A stretch of 64,000 bases of DNA from an uncultured candidate division Zixibacteria bacterium (lineage in GTDB: Bacteria > Zixibacteria > MSB-5A5 > RBG-16-43-9). The notes under the pieces are model-generated. The model searched no databases and was not told the DNA's origin. It saw only the letters and a list, made by a program, of their open reading frames with translations. The position numbers were made by a program, and so were the translations under genes. This document shows, in pieces, positions 11,137 to 21,617 of the stretch. The DNA lies in contig OY970208.1 in the NCBI GenBank assembly GCA_963713865.1, positions 416,001-480,000 of the forward strand, written 5' to 3'. Each line of letters opens with the position of its first letter. Positions within the stretch are counted from its first letter, which is position 1.

Positions 11137-13491
11137 TCAATCTTTGATAATTCCTCTTCTTTTACTGATAACCAATGCCACAACCAGAATAACAAAACCC
11201 AAAAAAGCTAAGGGAGCTTTTAGTCCAGAAGAAATCTGGCTTTTGCCAATAAGAAGAGGTAAAATAAGAATAGATACCAAGTTCATCACTTTAATCAGAG
11301 GATTGAGCGATGGACCGGCTGTATCTTTGAAAGGGTCACCCACTGTATCTCCGATAATTGCAGCTTTATGAGCCTCAGACCCTTTGCCTCCATAAAGCCC
11401 GGCTTCAATCGTCTTTTTGGCATTATCCCAAGTTCCACCAGCATTAGAAAGCATAACTGCAAGAAGCTGACCGGTTAAGATTGTTCCGGCTAAAAATCCG
11501 CCCAGACCATCCACCCCCAAGAGAAATCCAACTATCAGAGGAGAAAGGATAGCTAAAAGTCCCGGGGTGATAAGCTCTTTTTGAGCCGCCAAAGTAGAGA
11601 TATTTACACACTTATAATATTCAGGTTTGCCTATCCCCTCCATCAATCCGGGTATCTCCTTGAACTGTCTCCTGACCTCTTCCACGACCTGAAAGGCAGC
11701 TCTTCCTACAGCTCTTATAGCTAAAGAGCTGAAAAGAAAAGGCATTGCTCCACCGATAAGAAGACCTACAAAAGCCCTGGGCATATTTATCTGGATACCT
11801 TTTTCGAAGAACTTTAAGGCTGGATCGAGCAGATTGATATCGGAACCATAAGACCGGAACAGGGAGACTGCCGCTACCACGGCTGAAGCTATGGCAAAGC
11901 CTTTGGTTACTGCTTTGGTGGTATTTCCAACCGCATCTAATTTGTGCACTATCAGATGGGCATTCGGATTATTATCTTCCTCCAAGACTTTGGACATCTC
12001 GAAGATACCATTAGCATTATCTGATACTGGTCCATAAGAATCCATTGAGACTATAAACCCGGTTGTAGTAAGCATACCCATACCGCATAAAGCGATTCCG
12101 TAGGCGGCTAAGGCGATGTCTCCAGCGAAGATAATATTTGAAACTATTATAGCCAAAGAAATGGCTATAATGGCTAAAACAGTTGACTCCATCCCTTCAG
12201 AAAATCCTGCCAGAATCGTTGTTGCCGGACCGGTTTTAGTAGCTCTGGCAGTTTCCTTTACTGGACTGTATTCCACTGCAGTATAGTATTCAGTTAAATA
12301 ACTGATCAAAATCGCTAAGACAATCCCGGAGAAGGTTGCCAGGAAAAACCTCATATCCGGAGCACCAGAAGAAGTTTTTATATAGAAATAGTTTATCAAC
12401 CCGAAACCGATGGTGGAAGATAAAGCTGCGATTAAAAACCCGTTCTGAATAGGTCTCATCGGATTGAAATCTTTTGTGTCTTTACCTTTAACACTCCAGG
12501 TTCCCAGTATGGAAGCAAACACTCCAACTGCCCTGACTAAAAGTGGGAAGATTATCAATTTTAAAGCTAAGTCCCTGCCAAAAATAGTCGGATTAATGGC
12601 TGCATAGGAAGCTCCTAAGATCATTGCTGCTACTAAGGTAACCTCATAAGATTCAAAAAGGTCTGCAGCCATTCCCGCACAATCTCCAACATTATCTCCC
12701 ACATTGTCTGCTATTACTGCTGCATTTCTGGGGTCATCCTCTGGAATACCAGCTTCAATTTTACCCACCAGGTCTGCACCTACATCTGCGGCTTTGGTAT
12801 AGATTCCACCACCTACCCTCATAAATAATGCCACCAGACTGCCTCCAAAGCCAAAGCCGATCAAAACCATCATCGCCTGCTCTTTGAAAATCATAAATAT
12901 AACGGTTGCCCCAACTAATCCCATTCCGATAGTGAACATCCCGGTAACAGTTCCCGATTGAAAAGCGGTTTCTAAGGCATTTTTAAAGGAGGTCCTGGCT
13001 GCATGAGCTACCCTGACATTACCCCGGACTGCTACTGACATCCCGATAAGACCGGTCATAGCTGACAAAGTCGAGCCAGCTAAAAAGGATAAGGCGATTC
13101 CCCAGACTAACTTCCAGTTCGGAGTTCCATCTGAAAGCAGGTAGATGTTTTTATAAACAAAAAATAACAGAATGGTTAAAGCGATGATGAAAAGAAATAG
13201 AACCCTGAACTGACGGGTAAGGTAGGCTTTAGCCCCTTCCTGAATAGCCTTTGCCACCTCGATCATCTTAGGGGTGCCCTGATCTTTCTTAACAACTTTG
13301 AAAGCTAAATAAAGTCCATAGGCTAATCCTAAAATGGCAGAAAGCAAAACAAAATATAAAGCATTATTTACTGTCTGGTCAAAGGGAGGCAAAAGTACGT
13401 TGTTCTCTCCAGCTAAAAGATTACCGGGGAGAAGCGATAAAAAGAAAATGAAGATAAAAAAAATTAGTTTAAAGCTAAAAATTTTTGGCAT
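11137..13491 (-). CDS. hppA: Membrane-bound cation-translocating pyrophosphatase, probably K+-independent H+-PPase
   Basis: GGGIYTKAADVGADLVGKIEAGIPEDDPRN, DNVGDNVGD, GNTTKA, GDTVGDPFKDTAGP. Confidence 0.95.
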   Translation of the reverse strand: MPKIFSFKLIFFIFIFFLSLLPGNLLAGENNVLLPPFDQTVNNALYFVLLSAILGLAYGLYLAFKVVKKDQGTPKMIEVAKAIQEGAKAYLTRQFRVLFLFIIALTILLFFVYKNIYLLSDGTPNWKLVWGIALSFLAGSTLSAMTGLIGMSVAVRGNVRVAHAARTSFKNALETAFQSGTVTGMFTIGMGLVGATVIFMIFKEQAMMVLIGFGFGGSLVALFMRVGGGIYTKAADVGADLVGKIEAGIPEDDPRNAAVIADNVGDNVGDCAGMAADLFESYEVTLVAAMILGASYAAINPTIFGRDLALKLIIFPLLVRAVGVFASILGTWSVKGKDTKDFNPMRPIQNGFLIAALSSTIGFGLINYFYIKTSSGAPDMRFFLATFSGIVLAILISYLTEYYTAVEYSPVKETARATKTGPATTILAGFSEGMESTVLAIIAISLAIIVSNIIFAGDIALAAYGIALCGMGMLTTTGFIVSMDSYGPVSDNANGIFEMSKVLEEDNNPNAHLIVHKLDAVGNTTKAVTKGFAIASAVVAAVSLFRSYGSDINLLDPALKFFEKGIQINMPRAFVGLLIGGAMPFLFSSLAIRAVGRAAFQVVEEVRRQFKEIPGLMEGIGKPEYYKCVNISTLAAQKELITPGLLAILSPLIVGFLLGVDGLGGFLAGTILTGQLLAVMLSNAGGTWDNAKKTIEAGLYGGKGSEAHKAAIIGDTVGDPFKDTAGPSLNPLIKVMNLVSILILPLLIGKSQISSGLKAPLAFLGFVILVVALVISKRRGIIKD

Positions 13492-13602
13492 TCCTACCTC
13501 CCTTTCATATTTCTCCAGATTTAAAAAACAAAGGCAGCTTGATATAAACTGCCTTATGAATTTCCTATATAAAAAGCATCCTGCTGCTATTCCCCCTCTC
13601 CA

Positions 13603-14328
13603 TTATTTCAGGGTAAACTCCACTTTATACTGCACCCAGACCGCTACCGGCTCCTTATTGCTGATGGCTGGTTTATATTCATTCTGCATGGCGGCTTTGG
13701 TTGCGGCCTCACAGAAAATATCCTGGTTAACAGTGCCCGGTCCTTTAATACATTTCGCATCCCTGACTTTGCCATGTTTATCCACCAAGGCTTGCACCCA
13801 AACCACCCCTTCAACACTTGCCTTTCGAGCTAAATCCGGAAAGGGTGGTTTAATCCATTTTATTGGCACGGGAGCCTCTTCATACGGAACAAATTCATCC
13901 GCAGAAGGGAGATAATCTTCTGCTGGTATTTCTATAGATAATGACTCTTTACCCGTTCCCTCGGTTGAAGCTGTAGGGTTCTGCAAAACACTTAATTCAC
14001 TCTGGCTGGCTAAGGTAACGGTTTCCTTAACCTGATCGTCCGGAACCGCTTCGGGAATACCTACAGATGGTGCTGCTGCAGCTGGCGCTGCTACTGCAAC
14101 CTGCTGAGCCATACTCTGGCTCAAGGACGGTGGTGCTCCTAATTCAGCCACACTCTTTATCCTGATCACCCTAGTAGCCACTGGTTTCTGCGCTTTGATC
14201 TGGGTGAAAAGCAGAAAAGAACCTATTAGAATGATGTGTATCAACCCGGCAATAATCACTGCTAAGCCTAAATTTCTCTGATAAACTCTCTTGAGCTCAA
14301 AAGCTCCATAAGGTGTAGCGACTCTCAT
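13603..14328 (-). CDS. tonB: Energy transducer TonB
   Basis: N-terminal TM with His, Pro/Ala-rich linker, TonB_C-like P..ARKASVEGVVWV..LVDKHG. Confidence 0.85.
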   Translation of the reverse strand: MRVATPYGAFELKRVYQRNLGLAVIIAGLIHIILIGSFLLFTQIKAQKPVATRVIRIKSVAELGAPPSLSQSMAQQVAVAAPAAAAPSVGIPEAVPDDQVKETVTLASQSELSVLQNPTASTEGTGKESLSIEIPAEDYLPSADEFVPYEEAPVPIKWIKPPFPDLARKASVEGVVWVQALVDKHGKVRDAKCIKGPGTVNQDIFCEAATKAAMQNEYKPAISNKEPVAVWVQYKVEFTLK

Positions 14329-14876
14329 CTTTTCTTCCCTCCTTTCGGCTGGATCTTTCCGGTGATAAGCCCTTCGTCTTCATCCGTAAAGGGGGCAAGG
14401 CTGAAACGATAACTGAATTTATCGTTCTTTTCCTTTATCTGCCTTTCGATCAACTGAATCTCATCGATTATATCGACCATTTTGTAATATTTTGCATCTT
14501 TATGAATCTTGATCAAGGTCACCAGCTTTGGCTTTTCAAGATTCTTTCTTAACAGGAGAGACCTCAAAGAATCCGCAGGTAAGGGCTCTGGTTTATCCAC
14601 CCCCATGCTCCAGAATATTTTTCCCTCTATATCCACTCTTAAGGTTAAAAGGTTAGATTCCGCAATAGGAACTGGAACATCCTCTGGAGGGAGGTTAATC
14701 TCCATAGCCTGAGGCATACTGAAAATTGTGGTTACCATATAGAAAATCAAGAGTAGAAATGCTATATCCACCATAGGGGTCATATCAATTCGAATCCCTA
14801 TCCTTCTCTTGGGTCTTCTTAAACCGCTACCCTTTTTCCCTCGAGGACTTGGTCCTCCTACATCAACTGCTGCCAT
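14325..14876 (-). CDS. exbD: Biopolymer transporter ExbD
   Basis: IDMTPMVDIAFLLLIFYM. Confidence 0.9.
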   Translation of the reverse strand: MAAVDVGGPSPRGKKGSGLRRPKRRIGIRIDMTPMVDIAFLLLIFYMVTTIFSMPQAMEINLPPEDVPVPIAESNLLTLRVDIEGKIFWSMGVDKPEPLPADSLRSLLLRKNLEKPKLVTLIKIHKDAKYYKMVDIIDEIQLIERQIKEKNDKFSYRFSLAPFTDEDEGLITGKIQPKGGKKR

Positions 14877-14918
14877 AATAAATCACTCCTTAAGCAAAAA
14901 TTGCTTTAAATCCTCTTA

Positions 14919-15389
14919 TTAACTTCCGGTCTCGGTCTCGGTGACTAACTGAAAGCGCGGCATGTAGTTATCTCTCATGGTAGTCATCAGGCTCTGCATG
15001 GTCCCGTAACGAGCTTCTTTATCTGCTTTAATTACCACAAAGATCCGAGGGTACTTTGCCCGGATGGAATTTATAATTCCTACCACCGTATTAAGATTTA
15101 CCTCTTCATAAATTCTTTCAGTAATCTTCTCCTTCTTCCCCTTTATCTCCACTTCCTTCCTGGTCAAATAATCTACAAAGATTGAGTCTTCTTTAGTCAC
15201 TGTTATCGTCAAAATATCCGTCTCCGGAAGTTTGATCTCGGAATGGGAGGAGGGTAGAGCGACTGTTTTCTTTTCTGGAGGTTTGAACTGGGTTGTAGTC
15301 ATATAGAAGATCAAAAGCAGAAAGGCGATATCCACCATAGGGGTCATATCGATTTTGACTCCTATTCTCCTTTTCATCTTCTTTAACAT
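14919..15389 (-). CDS. exbD: Biopolymer transporter ExbD (second copy)
   Basis: IDMTPMVDIAFLLLIFYM; IKADKEARYG. Confidence 0.9.
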   Translation of the reverse strand: MLKKMKRRIGVKIDMTPMVDIAFLLLIFYMTTTQFKPPEKKTVALPSSHSEIKLPETDILTITVTKEDSIFVDYLTRKEVEIKGKKEKITERIYEEVNLNTVVGIINSIRAKYPRIFVVIKADKEARYGTMQSLMTTMRDNYMPRFQLVTETETGS

Positions 15390-16114
15390 TACTTTTCAGC
15401 CTCCTTGCTCTTCAACAGCTGTAATACCTCGTATGTAGCCTCATCCATAGTATAGTTAAAGGCATCTACTTTATTCACGAAGAAATTATAAGCTACGATC
15501 CCCACGATGGCATTAAAAAGCCCACCAGCAGTATTCACTAAAGCTTCGGAAATCCCTTTGGCTAACTGCATAGCATCCACCACACCTCCTACCCTTGACG
15601 AAGTTGCTGCAAAAGCTCTGATCATTCCGATAGTGGTTCCCAAAAGTCCCACCATGGTGGCAATCGAGGCAATAGTGGATAGAGCGATCAGGTTCCTCTC
15701 TAAAAGCGGGACTTCTAAGGCATTTGCCTCCTCAATTGCTCTCTGGGTTTCGCTTAAGCGTTTCTCCGAGGTAGTCCCCCCTTTCAATTGTTGATACCTC
15801 TCGATTCCGGCCCTTAAAACATTAGCAGTTGTACCTCTCTGTTTATCACAGGCTGCTATCGCACCATCGAAATCCCCTTTATCCAGCATCTGGATTACAT
15901 TTTTAAAAAAGGACTGGACTGAAGCTTTTCCCCGGGCTTTTCTCAAAGTGAAAATCCTTTCAAAGATAAATGATACAAGCATCACCGCTAAAGCTATCAG
16001 TACTGCCACCAGCGGACCCCCCTCTTTCAGGTAGGAAGGCAACATGCTCCAGATGACAAATCCTAGTATTAATGCCACCAACAACACCGCAGTTATAAAA
16101 ACCGATTGTTTCAC
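15389..16114 (-). CDS. exbB: MotA/TolQ/ExbB proton channel protein
   Basis: GLLGTTIGMIRAF, GISEALVNTAGGL. Confidence 0.9.
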   Translation of the reverse strand: MKQSVFITAVLLVALILGFVIWSMLPSYLKEGGPLVAVLIALAVMLVSFIFERIFTLRKARGKASVQSFFKNVIQMLDKGDFDGAIAACDKQRGTTANVLRAGIERYQQLKGGTTSEKRLSETQRAIEEANALEVPLLERNLIALSTIASIATMVGLLGTTIGMIRAFAATSSRVGGVVDAMQLAKGISEALVNTAGGLFNAIVGIVAYNFFVNKVDAFNYTMDEATYEVLQLLKSKEAEK

Positions 16115-16204
16115 GAGAATACCTCCTTTGAAGTTTAAAATTTAAGTTATAATTTTATATTTTTTTCTACTTAAAACTATCTCATCCTTACCTCCTTCAT
16201 ACTC

Positions 16205-16912
16205 TTATAGATCATTTGCTTTAATGCTATTCATCACCCAGCATCCCAGGCTGATCCACAGACCAGTTCCGGATATGCTCACTAAAGTTACCACATTGAA
16301 AGTATCCTTGAGCTGATTTACCCCGAAAGCAGATGCCAGCGGGGTAGCCATCCCGAATATCGAGAGGATAACCGCAATTAGCCACAAAAGCAAAGGGACG
16401 AAATTAAGTCTGAGCGACCTTTTGAGCTTCTGGAGATAACCACCTTCCGAGTTTGTTTTACTGTAAAGGGCTAACAGGTTCAGAATCCCAAAGATAAAGG
16501 AACTTAAAATCACGAACAAGAAGATAATCACTGAAAGTCCCAGAAGAGGTCCCCCTAAGCCGGAATAGGTCATCGCCGTTCCAAGATTAATCAGGTATTG
16601 AAGGGCATTGTAGCGTATGGCACTCTCTCCGCGGGTGAAAGTAAACCAGGGAAGAAAAACGCTCAAAATCATCAAAGAAGAAGTCAGGCTGAGCACCCAT
16701 TTCTCCACCGGAGTGAAAATCGGCACAAAAACTACGCTGTGGTCACGCTCCTCCCTTTCTCCCTTTTCCTTTCTTTTTTTAGTTTCTTCTAAATATCTTT
16801 TTTCCTCCTCCGCATTTTTCCAGAACTTCCTGGGCTTGAGGGGGAAAACCTCAAACCCGATATACTTATAGCGCAGGTCCTCTTCTTTTTCTCCCTTTTT
16901 TTCTTCTACCAT
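16205..16912 (-). CDS. Hypothetical membrane protein
   Basis: 235 aa ORF, about 4 hydrophobic segments, RBS upstream, co-oriented in operon. Confidence 0.7.
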   Translation of the reverse strand: MVEEKKGEKEEDLRYKYIGFEVFPLKPRKFWKNAEEEKRYLEETKKRKEKGEREERDHSVVFVPIFTPVEKWVLSLTSSLMILSVFLPWFTFTRGESAIRYNALQYLINLGTAMTYSGLGGPLLGLSVIIFLFVILSSFIFGILNLLALYSKTNSEGGYLQKLKRSLRLNFVPLLLWLIAVILSIFGMATPLASAFGVNQLKDTFNVVTLVSISGTGLWISLGCWVMNSIKANDL

Positions 16913-16983
16913 ATCACTCCTCTATTTCTATACAATTGAAATTAAATTTTATTCCTTTCGAATTCCTTGGGATAATTCGGTAA

Positions 16984-18723
16984 TTAATAGTTGAACTCTA
17001 AGAAAGCCAATCGGTCTTTAGCAAGTTTATTCTTTGGATCTAACCTCAAAACCTTGCGGTAAGCTTCTTTCGCCTTCTCATACTGGTTAGTGATATCATA
17101 AGCCTGAGCCAGCCATAAATTAAAGGAGATGTCGTTCTGCTGGCAGTTGACTGCCTCTATGAGAGGTCTTATCGCCTCAGAGGCTCTATTCATAGTAAGA
17201 AGTACATAACCGTAACTACCTTTGGCTTGACAGTCCTGAGGATTCAATAGAATGATCTTCTCATATTCCGCTTTAGCCTCAGGATAAGACTTAAGCTCGT
17301 TCAAATAGATATAGGCCAGATATTGATGAGCTTGCAGATAATCCGCTTTTAGCTCTACTACCTTCTTCAAAGGCTCTAAAGCTTCCTTATACTGCTTCAT
17401 ATTCACATAGCAATAAGCCAGATTAAGGTAGCTGTTAAAGCTGGTGGAATCCATTTCAATTTTCTTTTTCAGGGCAGGGATTGCCTCTGAATATTTTTTG
17501 AGTTGATAATAAGCTAAACCAAGATAAGAATAAGATTCGCTGTAATTTGAATCTAACTGGACGGCTAAGACAAGATAGTTCACCGCCTTCTCCAGATTTA
17601 GAGAATCACCTAAATAATAATGCACCTGACCTTTATCCACTAAGAAATCTCTATCTTTAACTGTCCATTCAAATTTATTTTTACTGGTATATCTTTTCTC
17701 ATAACTATCGTAGGCTGAAGCTGCCTCCGAATACATTTTCTTGTCCTGGTAGCTCTTACCTAAATAAAAGTAAGCTTCAGTCAGGTTAGAATCCAGCTGG
17801 ATAGCTTTATTCAAATCCACTAAGGTGCTATCCAGTTGATGCATATTATAATATGCTTTTCCCAGACCTAAATAGGCTAAAGGATTATTCGGGTCTAATT
17901 TTATATATTCATTATATGCCCATCCGGCCTCAGGATATTTTTTAGCTAAGATGTATATATTCCCCAGGTCGGTATAGACCGATTTGAATTCCGGTTCTAT
18001 TTTCACTGTTTTTTTAAAGGCATCTGCGGCCGAATTAAAATCCATCTGCAAAAGATAAGCTTTTCCTAAACTGTAGTACACCTCAGCCCGGTTGGAATCA
18101 AGGCTTAAAGCTTTATTATATTCCTCAATGGCTATAGAGGGAACCTCTTTCTTCAAATTGACATCCCCTAAATTCTTATGATACTCAGGTTTCTTAGGGT
18201 TCGCTGAGATGGCTGAGCGAAAACTTAGATCCGCCTCAACCAGGTTACCTTGAGCTATCTGCACCAAACCTTTTCCATTCAGGAAATCACCCGAGTTCTT
18301 TTTCGTTTCCAGCCCTTGATTAAACGTTTGTAGAGCCTGCTCGTAAGAGCCTTTATTTAGATAAGTTAAGCCAAGCTTGTAGATAGCTTCGAAATACTTT
18401 GGTTTTCGATCGATGGCATTTTGATATTGAGGGATAGCCTCATCCCACATCTTCTTTTCAAAATAACAGTTTCCTAAATAGTAATACCCCTCAGCATCAA
18501 GCGGCTTTTTCTCCAAATACGCTTTCAGGAGTTCAATGGCTTTATCGTAATTCCCATTCTGGTAAGCTTTTTTCCCGCTGTCCAGATCCTGACATCCAGC
18601 CGTTGTATAGAGGGTTAAAAAAAGTATTATTGCTGTAAGCCAGACCCGAAAAATCATCTCTTTTCTCCTCATCCGACCTTTACCTAAAAAGTTTAAAAAT
18701 ATCATATAACCTTTCGTTGTCAA
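16984..18723 (-). CDS. Exported tetratricopeptide-repeat protein
   Basis: Many TPR units (YYYLGNCY, YYSLGKAY, YFYLGKSY); hydrophobic leader; true start probably downstream of 18723. Confidence 0.88.
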   Translation of the reverse strand: MTTKGYMIFLNFLGKGRMRRKEMIFRVWLTAIILFLTLYTTAGCQDLDSGKKAYQNGNYDKAIELLKAYLEKKPLDAEGYYYLGNCYFEKKMWDEAIPQYQNAIDRKPKYFEAIYKLGLTYLNKGSYEQALQTFNQGLETKKNSGDFLNGKGLVQIAQGNLVEADLSFRSAISANPKKPEYHKNLGDVNLKKEVPSIAIEEYNKALSLDSNRAEVYYSLGKAYLLQMDFNSAADAFKKTVKIEPEFKSVYTDLGNIYILAKKYPEAGWAYNEYIKLDPNNPLAYLGLGKAYYNMHQLDSTLVDLNKAIQLDSNLTEAYFYLGKSYQDKKMYSEAASAYDSYEKRYTSKNKFEWTVKDRDFLVDKGQVHYYLGDSLNLEKAVNYLVLAVQLDSNYSESYSYLGLAYYQLKKYSEAIPALKKKIEMDSTSFNSYLNLAYCYVNMKQYKEALEPLKKVVELKADYLQAHQYLAYIYLNELKSYPEAKAEYEKIILLNPQDCQAKGSYGYVLLTMNRASEAIRPLIEAVNCQQNDISFNLWLAQAYDITNQYEKAKEAYRKVLRLDPKNKLAKDRLAFLEFNY

Positions 18724-18748
18724 GTGTTTATTTTATATAATATTAATT

Positions 18749-18973
18749 TTACTCTTCTTTCTCCTCAATTATTTGTTCTTTTCTATATTTATTCCTCAAA
18801 AGTAAAAACCTTAAAAACCCATAAACCAGTATAATCCCGCCAAATATTATACGAAAATTTGGTTCCATTCTGAACACACCCGAAATTACCAGAAGTCCCA
18901 GAAAAATTAGAATACCGATCAGGGTATAATTAAAAATCCTCTCGAATTTTGATGAATGATAATTCATAGTCAT
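18749..18973 (-). CDS. Small two-TM membrane protein
   Basis: 74 aa, two hydrophobic helices, co-oriented with the TPR gene. Confidence 0.55.
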   Translation of the reverse strand: MTMNYHSSKFERIFNYTLIGILIFLGLLVISGVFRMEPNFRIIFGGIILVYGFLRFLLLRNKYRKEQIIEEKEE

Positions 18974-19345
18974 AATTTATTATTTTTCAGTAATTCCTTG
19001 ACTAAAAAATACCACTTTAGTATTATTTTAACTTAAAAATTTATTTTGTCAAGCCTAAATTTAAGCTAATGCTCTACTTATAAAACAAGCATCTAAGGGT
19101 CTTTAAAACCCTTCAGAACATAAAAACCCATTTCATATATTCAAATCTCATACCAAAAAATAGTGTTTTTAATTCTTCAATATTACCATAGACTTATATC
19201 TGTTTATGATTGGGTCAAACATCAAATCTGACAAAATTTATACAAATTATTATACCGATTTTAAGGCAACAGTATCAAGTTATTGGCTATCTTTAGATTA
19301 AAATATATTAAATTTTTGCGTTCCTCTTTAAAAACTTACGTTTTT

Positions 19346-20545
19346 TCAGCCTAATTTCTTCTGAAAACGAAGGACACTGAAAATAAGGACTGCAATCCCA
19401 ATACCTGCCAGGGGCAAGAGTTTATCCCAGAGGACAGAAAGGTTGCTTCCTTTCAGAAAAATACCCCGGACAATAATCAAAAAATACCTGAGCGGATTGA
19501 TATAGGCAAGATATTGAATCAGTTCCGGCATGTTAGAGATCGGGAACATAAATCCGGATAGTATAATCGCCGGCATCAAGAAGAAGAAAGTCGTCATCAT
19601 AGCCTGTTGCTGGGTTTTGGTAAGGGTGGAGATGAAAAGCCCTATCCCGATTGTGGTTAGGAGATAAACTCCCACTGATAAAAAGAGCAGAAAGAAACTT
19701 CCTCTGAATGGAATTTTAAACCACAGGATAGCTACTGAAGTTACCAGCACCACATCAATAAACCCGATCAGAGCAAAAGGAACGACTTTACCTAAGATTA
19801 ACTCGGTGGTTTTAATCGGAGTAACCATCAACTGCTCGATAGTTCCGATCTCCTTTTCCCTGACAATAGCCATTGAGGTAAGCATCATCGTGGTGATCAT
19901 AAGAATCAGAGCTAAAACTCCGGGCAGGTTATAATCTCTGCTTTTCAATTCCGGATTATACCAGGCCCTGGTTTGATTTTCCAGATTTAGAAATTTTATC
20001 TCCGGGACAATTCCAGAGGATAAAGCTTGAGCAGCTTCTTTCTGTATCTTATCCTGGATAAGTTTTTTATTATAGGGTAAAAGAAGCTGATTGATATAAT
20101 CTGAAGCAACCCCGGCAGTGTTTGAATTGGTTCCATCGATTATTATCTGGATCGAGGCGGTTTTCCCCTTTTTTAACTCTTGGGCAAAATCACTTCCTAT
20201 CTCAATCCCCACCCAGGCTTTACCCTGATCCAGAAGCTCTACTAACTCTATCTGCGAGTCAGGGAAATAATTGATCTCAAAGCGGCCCGAGTTTTTGAAA
20301 AGCAAGAGAATCTCTCTGCTTTCCTGAGTTTTAGAGAAATCCAATATGGCTGTGGGAATCCGGTTTACATCTGTTGTTGCTGCATATCCCAATAGAATAA
20401 GCTGAATCACCGGTGCAACAAATATAATCATCAGCATCCTTCTATCTCTTCTGACCTGGATAGTCTCCTTAAGCAAGATATGTTTAATCCTTTCCCACAT
20501 ATCAGTCCGGCAGCCTTTTTTTGAAAAGTAGCTTGGCAACCGCAA
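19346..20545 (-). CDS. ABC-2 permease (YbhR-like)
   Basis: AIVREKEIGTIEQLMVTP; LSGFMFPI; likely start at 20500 (MWERIK). Confidence 0.9.
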   Translation of the reverse strand: MRLPSYFSKKGCRTDMWERIKHILLKETIQVRRDRRMLMIIFVAPVIQLILLGYAATTDVNRIPTAILDFSKTQESREILLLFKNSGRFEINYFPDSQIELVELLDQGKAWVGIEIGSDFAQELKKGKTASIQIIIDGTNSNTAGVASDYINQLLLPYNKKLIQDKIQKEAAQALSSGIVPEIKFLNLENQTRAWYNPELKSRDYNLPGVLALILMITTMMLTSMAIVREKEIGTIEQLMVTPIKTTELILGKVVPFALIGFIDVVLVTSVAILWFKIPFRGSFFLLFLSVGVYLLTTIGIGLFISTLTKTQQQAMMTTFFFLMPAIILSGFMFPISNMPELIQYLAYINPLRYFLIIVRGIFLKGSNLSVLWDKLLPLAGIGIAVLIFSVLRFQKKLG

Positions 20546-21614
20546 GCATCAAGAATGCAAAAACAGACAAAAGTAATACCTCCAGCCCCAGTATTTTAAA
20601 ACCGTTCCCTTTTAAAAAGATCCCCTGGAGAATCCTGATATAATATCTGGCAGGCACAAAATAGGTAATTATTCTCAAGAAAACAGGCATGCTGAATATC
20701 GGGAAGATGAAGCCAGAAAGTATGTATGAGGGCAAAAAAGAGGTTAGCATCGCCATCTGATAGGCTAATTGCTGTGATTTAGTTAAAATCGAAATGAACA
20801 TCCCGATCCCCAAAGCTCCGGTAAGAAATATTCCTGAGACCAGAAACATAAAAAGAAAGTTACCCCGGAACGGAACCTTAAAGATTAGACTGCTTAAGAG
20901 TACTGCCAATAATAAATCGATCATCCCTATGACAAAATAGGGAACAAGCTTCCCGAAAATAAGCTCAGAAGACCTGATCGGAGTAGCGATCAACTGCTCC
21001 ATTGTCCCCCTTTCCCACTCGCGGGCAATCACCAGGGAGGTCAGCAATGCCCCGATGATCATCATAATCACCGCAATCAAACCGGGGATGATAAAGTTTT
21101 TGCTTTTAAGCTCCTGGTTATACCAGATTCTGATTCTTCCTTCGATTGCGGGTTTATAAACTGTCCGGCTCATCTTCTGGGAGAAAAGCTGTAAAACTCC
21201 TGAAAGATAACCAGAGCCAATGGTGGCAGTGTTAGCGTCACTGCCATCCAAGAGGGTTTGAATCTCTGTTTTACCCCCTGATTTTATCTTTCTGGAAAAA
21301 TCCTCAGGAATTACCAGGGCAATTTTGATTTTACCTTTTTCGATTAGATCCTGGAGCTCTTCATAATTTCCCGCATAGCCATTTATTGAAAAATAACCTG
21401 ACTGAACCAGGCTTGTTATTAACTCCCTGCTTTCCTGGGAATTACTCTGGTCATAAACTCCTAAAGGAAGATCGTTAATATCCAGGGTTACTGCGTACCC
21501 AAAAAGGATAAGAAGTATCAGCGGAATGGCAAAAGCCATAATCAAAACCCGAACATCCCGGAATATCTGAAGAAATTCCTTATAAGCAACTGCTGTAAAT
21601 TTCTTAAATTTCAT
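20502..21614 (-). CDS. ABC-2 permease (YbhS-like)
   Basis: IAREWERGTMEQLIATP; LSGFIFPI. Confidence 0.9.
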   Translation of the reverse strand: MKFKKFTAVAYKEFLQIFRDVRVLIMAFAIPLILLILFGYAVTLDINDLPLGVYDQSNSQESRELITSLVQSGYFSINGYAGNYEELQDLIEKGKIKIALVIPEDFSRKIKSGGKTEIQTLLDGSDANTATIGSGYLSGVLQLFSQKMSRTVYKPAIEGRIRIWYNQELKSKNFIIPGLIAVIMMIIGALLTSLVIAREWERGTMEQLIATPIRSSELIFGKLVPYFVIGMIDLLLAVLLSSLIFKVPFRGNFLFMFLVSGIFLTGALGIGMFISILTKSQQLAYQMAMLTSFLPSYILSGFIFPIFSMPVFLRIITYFVPARYYIRILQGIFLKGNGFKILGLEVLLLSVFAFLMLAVAKLLFKKRLPD

Positions 21615-21617
21615 TTA

